DNA of 64,000 nucleotides from Patescibacteria group bacterium (GTDB taxonomy: Bacteria > Patescibacteriota > Patescibacteriia > Patescibacteriales > UBA12075), in contig JAHILH010000004.1 in the NCBI GenBank assembly GCA_018897195.1, positions 19,182 to 83,181 of the forward strand, written 5' to 3'. Shown here one piece after another: positions 52,788 through 63,137 of the stretch (the stretch's first letter is position 1; each line of letters begins with the position of its first letter). The notes beneath the pieces are model-generated. The model saw only the letters and a program-made list of their open reading frames with translations. It was not told where the DNA came from and did no database searches. The position numbers and the translations under genes are program-made.

Positions 52788-54224
52788 ATGAAAAAAAACT
52801 TTCTCTCACTATTAATCTTATTAATATTACTCCCAGGCTTTGGCTTTGCCTGTACCCCAGCCGCCGTCCAAGAACAAACTCAACCGATTGAGCTAAACTA
52901 TTGGCGCGTCTGGGATGGACCAGATGCTTTTGAGGGCACTATTGCCAAATATAATGCCCTTCATCCTTTTATAAAGATAAACTACAAGAAATTTCGCTAT
53001 GAAGAATTTGAGCAAAAATTATTAGAAGGTTTTGCTACTGACCGCGGACCAGACATCTTCTCGATTCATAATACCTGGCTACGAAAATACCAAAAGAACG
53101 GCTTAATCTTGCCAATGCCGGCAACAATCAGCATGGTTTATCCAATTGAACAAGGCACCATCAAAAAAGAAACAATTCTTACAGTCAAGGAAACCAAAAG
53201 CATTACCCTCAAAGAAATAAAAAATAATTTTGCGGACGTTGTTTATAATGACATAGTTATTAATGTAAATGAAAACAATAAAATTACTTCTCAGGTCTAT
53301 GGCCTGCCTTTGTCAGTAGACACCTTGGTCATGTTTTACAATAAAGATCTTTACAACAATGCTGGCATCACAGCCCCATCTGCATATTGGGACGCTAAAT
53401 TTCAAAGTGACGTCAAAAAATTAAACAAACAAAACGCCAAAGGAGAATTAATCCAATCCGGTGCCGCTCTTGGTGGCAGCAAAAACATTGATCGTTCTAT
53501 GGATATTTTAGCCGCCCTCATGATGCAGAGTGGCGCCGAAATGCTTAATGACTCAGGACAAGTTAAATTCAATCAAAGTCCTGTTAACATGAAACAGACC
53601 AATTATGTTCCCGGCCTAGACGCAATTAGATTTTATACCGATTTTGCTAATCCTGGAAAAGAAATTTACAGCTGGAATAAAGACCTTGATAGCGCTCTCA
53701 ATCTTTTTGCTGATGGCAAGCTAGCCACCATGTTTGGCTACTCCTATCACACGCCACAAATAAAAGCCTTATCACCAAAATTAAACTTCGCCATTGCTAA
53801 ATTACCGCAGATTGAAGGCAATACACCGGTGAATTATGCTAACTATTGGGCTGAGGTTGTTTCCAGTAAGATTCTTACCAATCCAGAAAACCTTAAGAAG
53901 GGCGCCAAATACGCCAAGAATAAAGCCGACGCCGCGTGGGATTTTATCCAATTTGAAACCAAGGAAGAACAAGCCAAGCTCTATTTAGAAAAAACCAAAA
54001 AACCAACTGCCTTAAAATCACTTATCAATTCCCAAACTGAGGATATGGAAATCGGCGTTTCCGCGGAACAAATATTAACCGCTAAAAGCTGGTATAAGGG
54101 CAATGACGCTAACGCCATGGAAACTATTTTTCAAGAAATGATTGAAGAAGGCAATGTGAATCCAGAAAAAATTAAAAACGCCCTTGATATCGGAGCGCAA
54201 AAAGTACAACAAACGATTGAATAA
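52788..54224 (+). CDS. ABC-transporter-type extracellular solute-binding lipoprotein (family 1, sugar-type)
   Basis: 478 aa. Lipobox GFGFAC and typical SBP_bac_1-like length and composition. No adjacent permease or ATPase genes. Confidence 0.6.
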   Translation: MKKNFLSLLILLILLPGFGFACTPAAVQEQTQPIELNYWRVWDGPDAFEGTIAKYNALHPFIKINYKKFRYEEFEQKLLEGFATDRGPDIFSIHNTWLRKYQKNGLILPMPATISMVYPIEQGTIKKETILTVKETKSITLKEIKNNFADVVYNDIVINVNENNKITSQVYGLPLSVDTLVMFYNKDLYNNAGITAPSAYWDAKFQSDVKKLNKQNAKGELIQSGAALGGSKNIDRSMDILAALMMQSGAEMLNDSGQVKFNQSPVNMKQTNYVPGLDAIRFYTDFANPGKEIYSWNKDLDSALNLFADGKLATMFGYSYHTPQIKALSPKLNFAIAKLPQIEGNTPVNYANYWAEVVSSKILTNPENLKKGAKYAKNKADAAWDFIQFETKEEQAKLYLEKTKKPTALKSLINSQTEDMEIGVSAEQILTAKSWYKGNDANAMETIFQEMIEEGNVNPEKIKNALDIGAQKVQQTIE

Positions 54225-54242
54225 TTTTAAATTTACAACCTT

Positions 54243-54770
54243 ATGAAAAAACTTCTAGCGAGCTATTTACTCGTCTCTTCTTTGATTATTATTGGCATAA
54301 TGCTTTTTAATGGTCGGCAAATTTTAGCGGCCGACACAGTCATGACTGACACAACTGGGTTTACTACCGAAGACTGTAAAAGAGGTTGCGGAGACAAAAT
54401 TGACGATCCTAAAGTACAAGCATGTAAACAATACTGTGGCGAATACGGACTCAATGACTTTGTACTTCTTGGTATTAAACTTACAAAAATAATGCTCGGC
54501 CTAGTTGGCACTCTAGCCTTTGGCGCCTTTGTTTATGGCGGGGTAATGTTTCTTATTTCTGCTGGCGACGCCGATAAAGTTAAAAAGGGCAAGCACGCCA
54601 TGACTAGTGCTGTCGTTGGTTTAGTAATCGTCTTTTCTAGTTATTTAATTATTCAATTCACCCTACAAACACTTGGATATTTAAAACCGACAGCAAATTC
54701 AACAGAACCAGTAGATACCAAAAATTTTGGGAATAGTTGGAATGAAGTACCAGCACCACCAAAAAAATAA
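54243..54770 (+). CDS. TrbC/VirB2-like (T4SS-pilin family) membrane protein with Cys-rich N-terminal module
   Basis: 175 aa. Signal peptide, C-x3-C...C-x3-C module, then two hydrophobic helices around the charged loop SAGDADKVKKGKHAM. Confidence 0.45.
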   Translation: MKKLLASYLLVSSLIIIGIMLFNGRQILAADTVMTDTTGFTTEDCKRGCGDKIDDPKVQACKQYCGEYGLNDFVLLGIKLTKIMLGLVGTLAFGAFVYGGVMFLISAGDADKVKKGKHAMTSAVVGLVIVFSSYLIIQFTLQTLGYLKPTANSTEPVDTKNFGNSWNEVPAPPKK

Positions 54771-54847
54771 ATAACGCAGTATTGTAGTACAATATATTGC
54801 CGTCGACTTTAAAATCACATTCCGCTAAACAACAAATATCAGTATTT

Positions 54848-55522
54848 ATGTCTGAAAATTTTACCCTCAATAAAATAACTCCAACAAACGAGCAAATTGC
54901 CGAAGAGTTAAAAGCTACTCGCCTACACAATGGCATTAATTTAGAAAAAGTTTCTGAAAAACTCAAAATCAACATCAAATATCTCAAAGCCCTTGAAGCT
55001 GGCGAACTAAAAAAACTCCCCGCGGGAATTTATGGTCGTAATTTTCTCAAAGAATACGCTCAATTTCTTCGGCTTGATATTAATCACCTCTTAGAACTTT
55101 TTGACAATGAAATCGGTGAAAAAAATAATCAAAAACCTAAAAATATCTTTATCAAAAAAACCGGCAACGCCTACCACTTCATTACCATTCCAAGAATCAT
55201 CAAAAACTTAATTATTCTTGGCGTTGTCGGCATCATCATTGCCTATCTTGGCTTTTCAGTTAATAATATTATTTCGGCCCCTGAAATGACGATTCTTTAT
55301 CCTGACAAAGACACTATCACTGAAGAGCGCTCAATCACCATCAAGGGAAAATCAGAATCAGAGGCCAAAATTACCATCAATGAGGAAACCGTCCTAATGA
55401 ACGCTGATCTCATTTTTGAAAAAACTATTAATCTTAAACAGGGCTTAAATGATATCGAAATCATCGCTCAAAAAAAATATAGCAAACAAAACATAGTCAC
55501 CCGAAAAATACTCGTAAAATAA
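54848..55522 (+). CDS. RodZ-like HTH membrane protein
   Basis: The ATG at 54848. HTH/XRE-like INLEKVSEKLKINIKYLKALE, single TM, extracytoplasmic beta-rich C-terminus. Confidence 0.6.
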   Translation: MSENFTLNKITPTNEQIAEELKATRLHNGINLEKVSEKLKINIKYLKALEAGELKKLPAGIYGRNFLKEYAQFLRLDINHLLELFDNEIGEKNNQKPKNIFIKKTGNAYHFITIPRIIKNLIILGVVGIIIAYLGFSVNNIISAPEMTILYPDKDTITEERSITIKGKSESEAKITINEETVLMNADLIFEKTINLKQGLNDIEIIAQKKYSKQNIVTRKILVK

Positions 55523-55619
55523 GGTAAAATTGCTTTATTCCCTGGAAAATTATATAATAACAGACGGAGGGGAAAAAAGACCTCTTTTTATTTACTTAAA
55601 AATATTTAACTTATAATTT

Positions 55620-56672
55620 ATGAAACCTATGTCTACTGACAAAAAAGTAAAAACGACTGATGCGGACGGCAAATTTCAAGCTGCCCAATCAGCTATCGAA
55701 CAAATCCAAACTCGTTTTGGTGACGGTGCTATTATGAAATTCGGCGAAGCGCGTAAAGTAAACGTCGACGCTATTTCTACCGGCTGTCTTTCTCTTGATT
55801 TATCCCTAGGAATCGGTGGTGTGCCCCGCGGTCGCATCATTGAAATCTACGGTCCTGAGTCCTCTGGAAAAACTACCCTAGCCCAGCACATTGTCGCTGA
55901 GGTACAAAAATTAGGTGGCATCGCGGCCTTTATCGACGCCGAGCACGCGCTTGACCCTGACTATGCCGAAAAAATCGGCATCAACATCAAGGAGATGCTT
56001 ATCTCCCAACCTGACACAGGTGAACAAGCTTTAGAGATTGTTGAAACCCTGGTTCGCTCTAACGCCGTCGATGTTATCGTTATTGACTCTGTGGCTGCCC
56101 TGGTTCCACAAAAAGAAATCGAAGGTGACATGGGTGACCAGCACATGGGCTTGCAAGCTCGTTTAATGAGTCAAGCTTTAAGAAAACTAACTGGTGTTGT
56201 TTCTAAAACAAAAACTGTCGTTATCTTCATTAACCAAATCAGAAATAAAATCGGCGTCTTTTTTGGCAGTCCGGAAACCACTTCCGGTGGTAATGCCTTG
56301 AAGTTTTACGCTTCGATTCGTATCGAAGTTCGTAAAGCCGCTCAAATCAAGCAAGGTGAAAAAGTTATCGGCAACCGTGTCAAAGCCAAGGTAGTGAAAA
56401 ACAAAGTCGCTGCCCCTTTCCGTACTTGTGAATTCGACATTATGTACAATGAAGGCATTTCCGTTTCCGGTGATATCCTAGATATCGGCGTCGCCAACGG
56501 TGTGATTGCCAAAAATGGCAACTCTTATTCTTTTGGCGAAATAAAATTCGGCGTCGGCCGTGAAACAGCCAAGCGATTTATTGGCGCTGACAAGAAATTA
56601 CTAGCTGAACTGAGAAAGAAAATTATTGCCACAATCGAGGCCAAGGATTTAGACGAACAAAATAAGAAATAA
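55620..56672 (+). CDS. recA: recombinase RecA
   Basis: 350 aa. Walker [20 protein letters not shown]2 loop region. Start may be 55620 or 55629. Confidence 0.95.
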   Translation: MKPMSTDKKVKTTDADGKFQAAQSAIEQIQTRFGDGAIMKFGEARKVNVDAISTGCLSLDLSLGIGGVPRGRIIEIYGPESSGKTTLAQHIVAEVQKLGGIAAFIDAEHALDPDYAEKIGINIKEMLISQPDTGEQALEIVETLVRSNAVDVIVIDSVAALVPQKEIEGDMGDQHMGLQARLMSQALRKLTGVVSKTKTVVIFINQIRNKIGVFFGSPETTSGGNALKFYASIRIEVRKAAQIKQGEKVIGNRVKAKVVKNKVAAPFRTCEFDIMYNEGISVSGDILDIGVANGVIAKNGNSYSFGEIKFGVGRETAKRFIGADKKLLAELRKKIIATIEAKDLDEQNKK

Positions 56673-56685
56673 AGAATTATCACAT

Positions 56686-56721
56686 AAAAAAAGACTTCGA
56701 AATTTCGAAGTCTTTTTTTTT
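56686..56721. terminator. bidirectional terminator between recA and efp
   Basis: A-run - aagacttcgaa / ttcgaagtctt - T-run. Confidence 0.7.
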
Positions 56722-56735
56722 ATTATCTTGAAGTT

Positions 56736-57293
56736 TTATTCTCTCTCAGAATACTCACCCGTATCAGTATTAATCCGAATCACATCGCCCTCGTTGATAA
56801 ACATCGGCGCATTGATAGTCGCTCCTGTTTCGAGTTCGATTTGCTTAGTCACACTCCCAGCGGAGTTACCTTTTACTCCAGGAGGAGCCATGGTTACTTT
56901 TAGAGAAACCTTGATTGGCAATTCAACGCCAACTGGTTTGCTCGAAAAATAAAACACATCCACATCGATTCCTTCTTTCAAGAATTTAATCTTGTCACCA
57001 ATTTGCTCCAAAGGAATTTCAAATTGTTCAAAACTCGCGTTATCCATGAAAAAAGCGTTGGTCTCATCTTTGTACATGTAGTTAGCTTTTTTCTTTTCCG
57101 TATCCGCCGGCTCAGCCTTGTCATTACCCTGAAAAGTCTTGTCCAACATGTTGCCGGAAATAAGATTTTTCATCTTTACTTTCAAAACAGCACCGCCGCG
57201 ACCAGTTTTATGATGATCTGTTTTGGTAATAGAGTACGGCTCATTATTAATAACAATAATTTTACCTACTTTGATTTCGTTTATGCTTAGCAT
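56736..57293 (-). CDS. efp: elongation factor P
   Basis: 185 aa. N-terminal KVGKIIVINNEPY.I........GRGGA..K.K.KNL..G pattern. Confidence 0.9.
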   Translation of the reverse strand: MLSINEIKVGKIIVINNEPYSITKTDHHKTGRGGAVLKVKMKNLISGNMLDKTFQGNDKAEPADTEKKKANYMYKDETNAFFMDNASFEQFEIPLEQIGDKIKFLKEGIDVDVFYFSSKPVGVELPIKVSLKVTMAPPGVKGNSAGSVTKQIELETGATINAPMFINEGDVIRINTDTGEYSERE

Positions 57294-57316
57294 ATTTTTT
57301 AATTATTATTAATAAG

Positions 57317-57532
57317 CTATTTCACAAAAGGCAATAAAGCCATGATTCTTGAGCGCTTGATCGCATTCGCCAAATCTCTTTGGTGCTTTGAGCAAGTACC
57401 AGTCTTTTTACGAGGCTGGATTTTTTTATAAATGTTAATAAATTTCTGCAAAGTTCGAGTATCCTTATAGTCAACTTCCGCGATCTTGTTTGCACAAAAA
57501 TAACATTCTTTTCTTGTTGTTGTTTTGTCCAT
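57317..57532 (-). CDS. rpsR: 30S ribosomal protein S18
   Basis: 71 aa. C.FC......VDYKD...L..FI, ..I.PR..TG.C.KHQR.L..AIKR.R..ALLP. Confidence 0.9.
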   Translation of the reverse strand: MDKTTTRKECYFCANKIAEVDYKDTRTLQKFINIYKKIQPRKKTGTCSKHQRDLANAIKRSRIMALLPFVK

Positions 57533-57560
57533 ATTATTTATTAGTTTAATTTAATTTAGT

Positions 57561-57992
57561 TTAGAAAGGGATATTCTCCACTTTTATTTCATCTTCAAAG
57601 TTCTCGTCTGGCATTGAGCTTGATGGTGATTGACCTTTTGGCTCAAATGAACCACCGCCTGAACCCTTAGAGTCAAGCATAATCATGTTATCAACAATGA
57701 CTTCTGTTCGATATTTCTTCACGCCGTCTTGTCCAGCCCATTCACGAGTTTGTAATTTGCCTTCAAGATAGACCTTTGATCCTTTTTTTAAATACTGTCC
57801 GATTACTTCCGCCAATTTTCTCCACGCCACTACGTTGTGAAATTCAGTCTTCTCTTGCTTTTGTCCGGATTGATCAACCCAGGTAGTTCCAGTTGCCACT
57901 GAAAAGGAAACAACTGATTGTCCGCTTGGAGTAGTTTTTAATTCAGGATCACGAGTCAAACGACCGATAATCATTACTTTATTTAAATCCAT
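57561..57992 (-). CDS. ssb: single-stranded DNA-binding protein
   Basis: 143 aa. N-terminal OB fold (MDLNKVMIIGRLTRDPELK), Gly-rich linker and acidic tip ending IPF. Confidence 0.9.
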   Translation of the reverse strand: MDLNKVMIIGRLTRDPELKTTPSGQSVVSFSVATGTTWVDQSGQKQEKTEFHNVVAWRKLAEVIGQYLKKGSKVYLEGKLQTREWAGQDGVKKYRTEVIVDNMIMLDSKGSGGGSFEPKGQSPSSSMPDENFEDEIKVENIPF

Positions 57993-58083
57993 ATTTTTGT
58001 ATTTTTAAACCATCTATTAATATAAACAATTTAAAATGATAATAAATATTTAGTTAAACTCTCTTTTGGTCACTTGATGAAGA

Positions 58084-58620
58084 TTATAGCAAATCATCAG
58101 TTTCCAAAATCTTGTCCAATTTATCGTCCAAGTCTTGTAAGTTGATATCTTTTTTCTTGCTCACTGCCTCTTCTTGAGCAACTGCCTCTGATTTAGCTGG
58201 CGCTGCCACTTCGTCACGTTCCTCTTTGATCACTGCTCTCTTTTCACCAAAAGCATCTTTAAAGATTTTCTCAGCTTTGATCTTCTCGGCTTTAATTTCT
58301 TCAACAGTTTTTTTCTTGATAGACACAATTACATGTCGTAATAATTCACTCGACAATCTCAACTCATTATTAAGACCATTAACGTCTTTTCCGGCCATAT
58401 CAAATTCAACTAAGAAATAATAACCATGACCAAAATGTTGGATTGGATAAGCTAATTTTTTCTTACCCCAATCTTCAGAGTAAGTTACAGTACCGCCGTA
58501 CTTTGCAATGAGCGCGTCTACGTTGCCACAAATAGGCTTGATTTCCTCTTCTGTATATTTATTACTAACAATATACAAAAGCTCATAATGAGGAATCTCA
58601 GATGATTTCACTTTTGACAT
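58084..58620 (-). CDS. rpsF: 30S ribosomal protein S6 with long charged C-terminal extension
   Basis: 178 aa. The N-terminal ~100 aa are S6-like (YELLYIV......E.........I...GG.V......G.KKLAYPI). First gene of the conserved rpsF-ssb-rpsR order. Confidence 0.8.
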   Translation of the reverse strand: MSKVKSSEIPHYELLYIVSNKYTEEEIKPICGNVDALIAKYGGTVTYSEDWGKKKLAYPIQHFGHGYYFLVEFDMAGKDVNGLNNELRLSSELLRHVIVSIKKKTVEEIKAEKIKAEKIFKDAFGEKRAVIKEERDEVAAPAKSEAVAQEEAVSKKKDINLQDLDDKLDKILETDDLL

Positions 58621-58923
58621 TTTTATATTTACAAATTCTAATGCGGGTCAAATAACCAGAATATAAAATTTGTTTTAATTAAGTTAAATTTAAATTTATA
58701 ATAAAAAATCCCAAAAAGTATTCTTTTCGGGATCTTTGTGAGACCTGTAGAGAGAATACCTTTAATCACGAATTAACCGTGATTATACTACCTAAATTTG
58801 GCAATATGCGGGAAAGGTTTATATTGATTTATAGAAGTAATCTAACACTATTTCCAAAAAAAAGCAAGTCATGCTACAATAAAAAAGTATTTTGTTTTAT
58901 ATTAGCTAATAATAACTAAAATT

Positions 58924-59433
58924 ATGCTTTTCTTGTACATCTTAATCTTTCTAATTTTAATTTCTGTAGCCTATACCACCTATTCTTTAGCTCCCTGGGT
59001 ACCTTCTTTTAAGAAAGATTTTCCCAGAATATGTAATTTGGCTAATTTTAAAGAAAATGATAAATTCTACGATTTAGGTTGCGGCAATGGTAGTTTAGTG
59101 CTTTACGCTGGCAAGTATTACCCAATTAAAGCGATTGGCCTAGAGTTATCGATTCCCCTATATTTATTTTGCAAAATAAAACAAATAGCTGCCAAAAATG
59201 CCACTTTTAAGTTTCAGAATATTCTCTACGCCAATTTTAGTGACGCCGATGTCGTTTACCTTTTTCCCCTTTGGAAGAACACAATTAAAAAGCTAAAAAC
59301 TAAAATGGAAACAGAACTAAAACGAGGTACTCGCGTAATCACCTACACCTTTCCAATAGAAGGCTGGATTCCGGAAAAGATTGATAAGCCAACAGATAAG
59401 GATTTAAGTGTTTATCTATATATTATAGAGTAA
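58924..59433 (+). CDS. class I SAM-dependent methyltransferase with N-terminal TM helix
   Basis: 169 aa. Motif I YDLGCGNGSLVL. Confidence 0.6.
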   Translation: MLFLYILIFLILISVAYTTYSLAPWVPSFKKDFPRICNLANFKENDKFYDLGCGNGSLVLYAGKYYPIKAIGLELSIPLYLFCKIKQIAAKNATFKFQNILYANFSDADVVYLFPLWKNTIKKLKTKMETELKRGTRVITYTFPIEGWIPEKIDKPTDKDLSVYLYIIE

Positions 59434-59532
59434 CAGTTTGACAAATCGTTCAATACCTGCGAGCATATAGAAATTAAATAGCTCTTTCTAATTAAATAAA
59501 TTTCAACATACAACCAGCTTGGAGGAAGTGCA

Positions 59533-60492
59533 ATGAGTAGATTTGGCGCATTAAAGATTTTTTCCGGAACTGCTAATCCAAAATTAGCAACAGATATTTG
59601 TAGACATCTTAATATAGATCTTTCTCCAATATCCATAAATTTTTTTTCTGACGGTGAGCTTGATATTGAAATTGGCGAATGCGCTGACGGCAGAGGTGTA
59701 AGAGGTGATGACATATTCTTTATTCAACCAACATGCGGTCCAGTGAACGACAACCTGGTGGAATTAGTCTTGGCAATTGATGCATTTAAACGTGCATCTG
59801 CCGGGAGAATTACAGCTGTTATTCCTTATTATGGATATGCGCGTCAGGATAGAAAAGTACGAGCCGGTGTACCAATTAGCTCCAAGGCTATAGCGATAAT
59901 GATTATGGGCGCAGGAGCAAACCGAGTTATTTTCATGGATTTGCATGCCCCACAAATTGGGGCCTTTTTTGAAATTCCCGTTGATCATCTTTATGCCTCA
60001 CCTATTATCATCGATTATCTTCGTGCGAATCTTAAAGACTTCATTATGGTGTCACCAGACGCTGGAGGAGTAGAAAGAACCCGCGCCTACGCTAAACGAC
60101 TTAACGCCGACCTTGCCATTATTGACAAACGACGTGAAAGAGCCAACGTTGCCGAAGCAATGAATGTCATCGGTGATGTTCGTGGTAAAAGAGCCGTCCT
60201 CGTTGACGACATGGTGGACACTGCAGGAACTCTGTGTGAGGCCGCCGCAATTCTTATCAAAAATGGCGCCACAGAAATTTACGCAGCTTGCGGACATGGC
60301 GTTTTGTCAGGCCCGGCAATAAAGAGAATCAATGATTCTCAGATTAAACAGTTGATAGTTGTTGACACAATTTCACAAGAGGAAAATGTTAAAAAATGCA
60401 ACAAGATTAAGGTGTTATCAATAGCACCAATACTTGCTAAAACAATTACTGAGGTACATAAAGAAGGGACTGTTAAGGCTCTTTTTAAATGA
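59533..60492 (+). CDS. prs: ribose-phosphate pyrophosphokinase
   Basis: 319 aa. KIFSGTANP.LA, YYGYARQDRK and the PRPP-binding loop VLVDDMVDTAGT. Confidence 0.9.
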   Translation: MSRFGALKIFSGTANPKLATDICRHLNIDLSPISINFFSDGELDIEIGECADGRGVRGDDIFFIQPTCGPVNDNLVELVLAIDAFKRASAGRITAVIPYYGYARQDRKVRAGVPISSKAIAIMIMGAGANRVIFMDLHAPQIGAFFEIPVDHLYASPIIIDYLRANLKDFIMVSPDAGGVERTRAYAKRLNADLAIIDKRRERANVAEAMNVIGDVRGKRAVLVDDMVDTAGTLCEAAAILIKNGATEIYAACGHGVLSGPAIKRINDSQIKQLIVVDTISQEENVKKCNKIKVLSIAPILAKTITEVHKEGTVKALFK

Positions 60493-60577
60493 CAAAAACT
60501 CCAAAAGCGTTCCAAATAATCGGAACGCTTTTTTCTTTACAATTTGCAATTTTTTAAATAATCATTATAATAAGCAT

Positions 60578-61756
60578 ATGAAATATTTCTTCGCCCTGGG
60601 CAACAATCCAACTCTTTCCGTCGCTGAACTCAGCGCTGTTTTGCATTTCAAAAATATGATTTTGAGTAAGAATATTTTAATAGCGGACACGGACGAAATT
60701 AACGCATCTGAGCTAATCAAGCGATTCGGTGGCACGATTAAGATTGGTGAAGTAATTGAAGAAAATACCGATCGTAATAAATTACTTGAAAGTATTTTGA
60801 AAATCATTACTCCCGCCACCGAAGGTAAATACAAATTCGGCTTGTCTTATTATGGCGATAAGAAATTCAACGACAAACCGATTGGCATGGAAATCAAAAA
60901 ATTTCTCAAAGAACAAGGCATCAGCTGTCGTTGGGTTATTAGCAAAGAAAAAGTTTTATCAAGCGTCGTGGTAGAGCAAAATAAATTAACCGGCAAGGGT
61001 GATGAGATTGTCTTAATTGAAAATGGCAAAAATATTTTTATCGGCAAAACTTTGGCCGTGCAACCATTCAAGGAGTTATCATTCCGCGACTACGGCCGTC
61101 CAGGGCGCGATGACGAGTCTGGCATGTTGCCACCAAAGCTGGCGCAGATCATGATTAACCTCACTAAGACTCGCGACTCGATTAAAGATATTACCTTGCT
61201 CGATCCATTTTGTGGCTCTGGCACTGTTCTCACTGAATCAATTTTAGTTGGCTACCAAAACTTAATCGGCTCTGATTTATCCGCCAAGGCAGTTAATGAC
61301 ACCAAAACCAATATTGAATGGATTAAAGATACTTACCGCTTCACTATTCCGCCCTACGAATTAATCAACGAATCAGCGACGACAATTTCAAAAAAAATTA
61401 AATCTAATTCAATTGATGCGATTGTGACTGAACCCTTCCTTGGTCCGCAACGTGGGCATTTAGATATTCGTAAGGTAACGCAAGACCTAGAATTACTTTA
61501 TAACCAAGCCCTTCAAGAATTTAAAAAAATATTAAAGAAAGATGGCGTGATCGTTATGCTTTGGCCAGTCTTCATGACCGGACGCCAACCGCAGCCGATT
61601 AATCCCGATATTTCTGACTTCAAAATTATCAACCCAATCCCTGGCATTTTAATGAATAATCAAGTTATAAATCTAACTGACCGCGACACGATTATCTACG
61701 GCCGCGAAGGCCAACGCGTCTGGCGCGAAATTGTTGTTCTGAAAATTGCTAAATAA
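60578..61756 (+). CDS. UPF0020/Trm11-like RNA (N-)methyltransferase
   Basis: The ATG at 60578. SAM motif I LLDPFCGSGTVLTE and motif IV-like VTEPFLG. The upstream part of the track ORF overlaps prs and is rejected. Confidence 0.5.
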   Translation: MKYFFALGNNPTLSVAELSAVLHFKNMILSKNILIADTDEINASELIKRFGGTIKIGEVIEENTDRNKLLESILKIITPATEGKYKFGLSYYGDKKFNDKPIGMEIKKFLKEQGISCRWVISKEKVLSSVVVEQNKLTGKGDEIVLIENGKNIFIGKTLAVQPFKELSFRDYGRPGRDDESGMLPPKLAQIMINLTKTRDSIKDITLLDPFCGSGTVLTESILVGYQNLIGSDLSAKAVNDTKTNIEWIKDTYRFTIPPYELINESATTISKKIKSNSIDAIVTEPFLGPQRGHLDIRKVTQDLELLYNQALQEFKKILKKDGVIVMLWPVFMTGRQPQPINPDISDFKIINPIPGILMNNQVINLTDRDTIIYGREGQRVWREIVVLKIAK

Positions 61757-61792
61757 AAAACAGCCCTGGCTACAACCGGGGCTGTTTTTTTA
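61757..61792. terminator. bidirectional terminator
   Basis: A-run - cagccctgg / ccggggctg - T-run, between convergent genes. Confidence 0.65.
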
Positions 61793-61806
61793 TACTCCAC
61801 CTATCT

Positions 61807-62871
61807 TTATTTATTATGCAAGAAATGCACAACGTCGCCATCTTGCATGACATATTCTTTCCCTTCAATCCGCATTAAACCTTTTTCTTTGGCTGCAGCT
61901 TCCCCGCCAGCCTCAACATATTTTTCCCAATTAATAACCTCTGCTCGCACAAAACCTTTTTCAATATCTGTGTGAATCTCACCGGCCGCTTGCGGCGCTT
62001 TCGAGCCAACCTTCACTGTCCAAGCGCGTGTTTCCTCTTTTCCAGTTGTCAAAAAAGTCATCAAGCCCAATAATTTATATGAGGTTTTAATTAATTTATC
62101 CAAACCACTCTCGTCCAAGCCTAGTTCTTGTACATACTCTGCTTGTTCTTCCTCTGGCAAGCTCGCAATCTCGTCTTCTAGTTTAATATTCAAACTTAAA
62201 ACTTCACCATCCCATTTCGTTGTATCTAGCGGTCTTGAAACATCAGATGTATTTACTACGTACAGAATTGGTTTCACTGATAACAAGTTCAAAGACTTCA
62301 CAATTTTTTGTTCTTCCTCATCGAAAGTCATTGCCCGCACCGCCTTACCTGCCTCTAGTTGCGTTTTTATTTTTTCGACAATATCTCTAGTTTTAACCGT
62401 CAACTTATCACCACTCTTTGAATCCTTCACCAAGCGATCATATTTCTTTTCAACTGATTGCAAGTCCGCCAAAATTAATTCCAGATTAATTGTTTCCCGA
62501 TCATCTTCAGGGTCGATTTTATTATTAACATGAATAATATTACTGTCTTCAAAATTACGCACCACCTCACAAATTGCATCACACTCACGGATGTTGGCCA
62601 AAAATTGATTACCCAAACCTTCGCCCTTGCTCGCACCCTTAACTAAGCCGGCAATATCAATAAAATCAATCGTAGTGGGGATTAATTTTTTTGATTGAGA
62701 AATAGCTGACAACTTTTCCAAACGTTCATCAGGTACTTTCACGACACCAACATTGGGATCGATGGTACAAAAAGGATAATTCGCCGCTTCGGCTTTCTTT
62801 TTTGTTAAAGTATTAAATAAAGTAGATTTTCCCACATTTGGCAACCCAACAATTCCGATAGATAATGACAT
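61807..62871 (-). CDS. ychF: ribosome-binding ATPase YchF (Obg-like)
   Basis: The ATG at 62871 (MSLSIGIVGLPNVGKSTLFN). G1-G4 motifs, C-terminal TGS-like domain (DGDVVHF). Confidence 0.9.
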   Translation of the reverse strand: MSLSIGIVGLPNVGKSTLFNTLTKKKAEAANYPFCTIDPNVGVVKVPDERLEKLSAISQSKKLIPTTIDFIDIAGLVKGASKGEGLGNQFLANIRECDAICEVVRNFEDSNIIHVNNKIDPEDDRETINLELILADLQSVEKKYDRLVKDSKSGDKLTVKTRDIVEKIKTQLEAGKAVRAMTFDEEEQKIVKSLNLLSVKPILYVVNTSDVSRPLDTTKWDGEVLSLNIKLEDEIASLPEEEQAEYVQELGLDESGLDKLIKTSYKLLGLMTFLTTGKEETRAWTVKVGSKAPQAAGEIHTDIEKGFVRAEVINWEKYVEAGGEAAAKEKGLMRIEGKEYVMQDGDVVHFLHNK

Positions 62872-63137
62872 GAAATTAAATATTAGTAAATTAACTATTT
62901 TTGTGGCGGAATAAGAATTCCTGACCATACAAAAATCTTGTAGCTTTTATATATCCTAGCAAATTTATTCTAGCTTTACAAGATTTAAACATAGGTATAA
63001 AATATAGAATGATTTTAATCTAAATTTAATCTTTTTGTAATATAGTAAGAATAGATTTATAACTTACGATTAATTTACTCATTTGCGTTATATATTGTCC
63101 TAAAAAGCAATAAGATTGGCGTAAAATAACCAAACAT

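Noticed and set aside
60434-60577. N-terminal 48 aa of track ORF 60434..61756
   Set aside because: It overlaps the 3' end of prs and the intergenic spacer. The ATG at 60578 gives a compact start (MKYFFALGNNP...) typical of this methyltransferase family.
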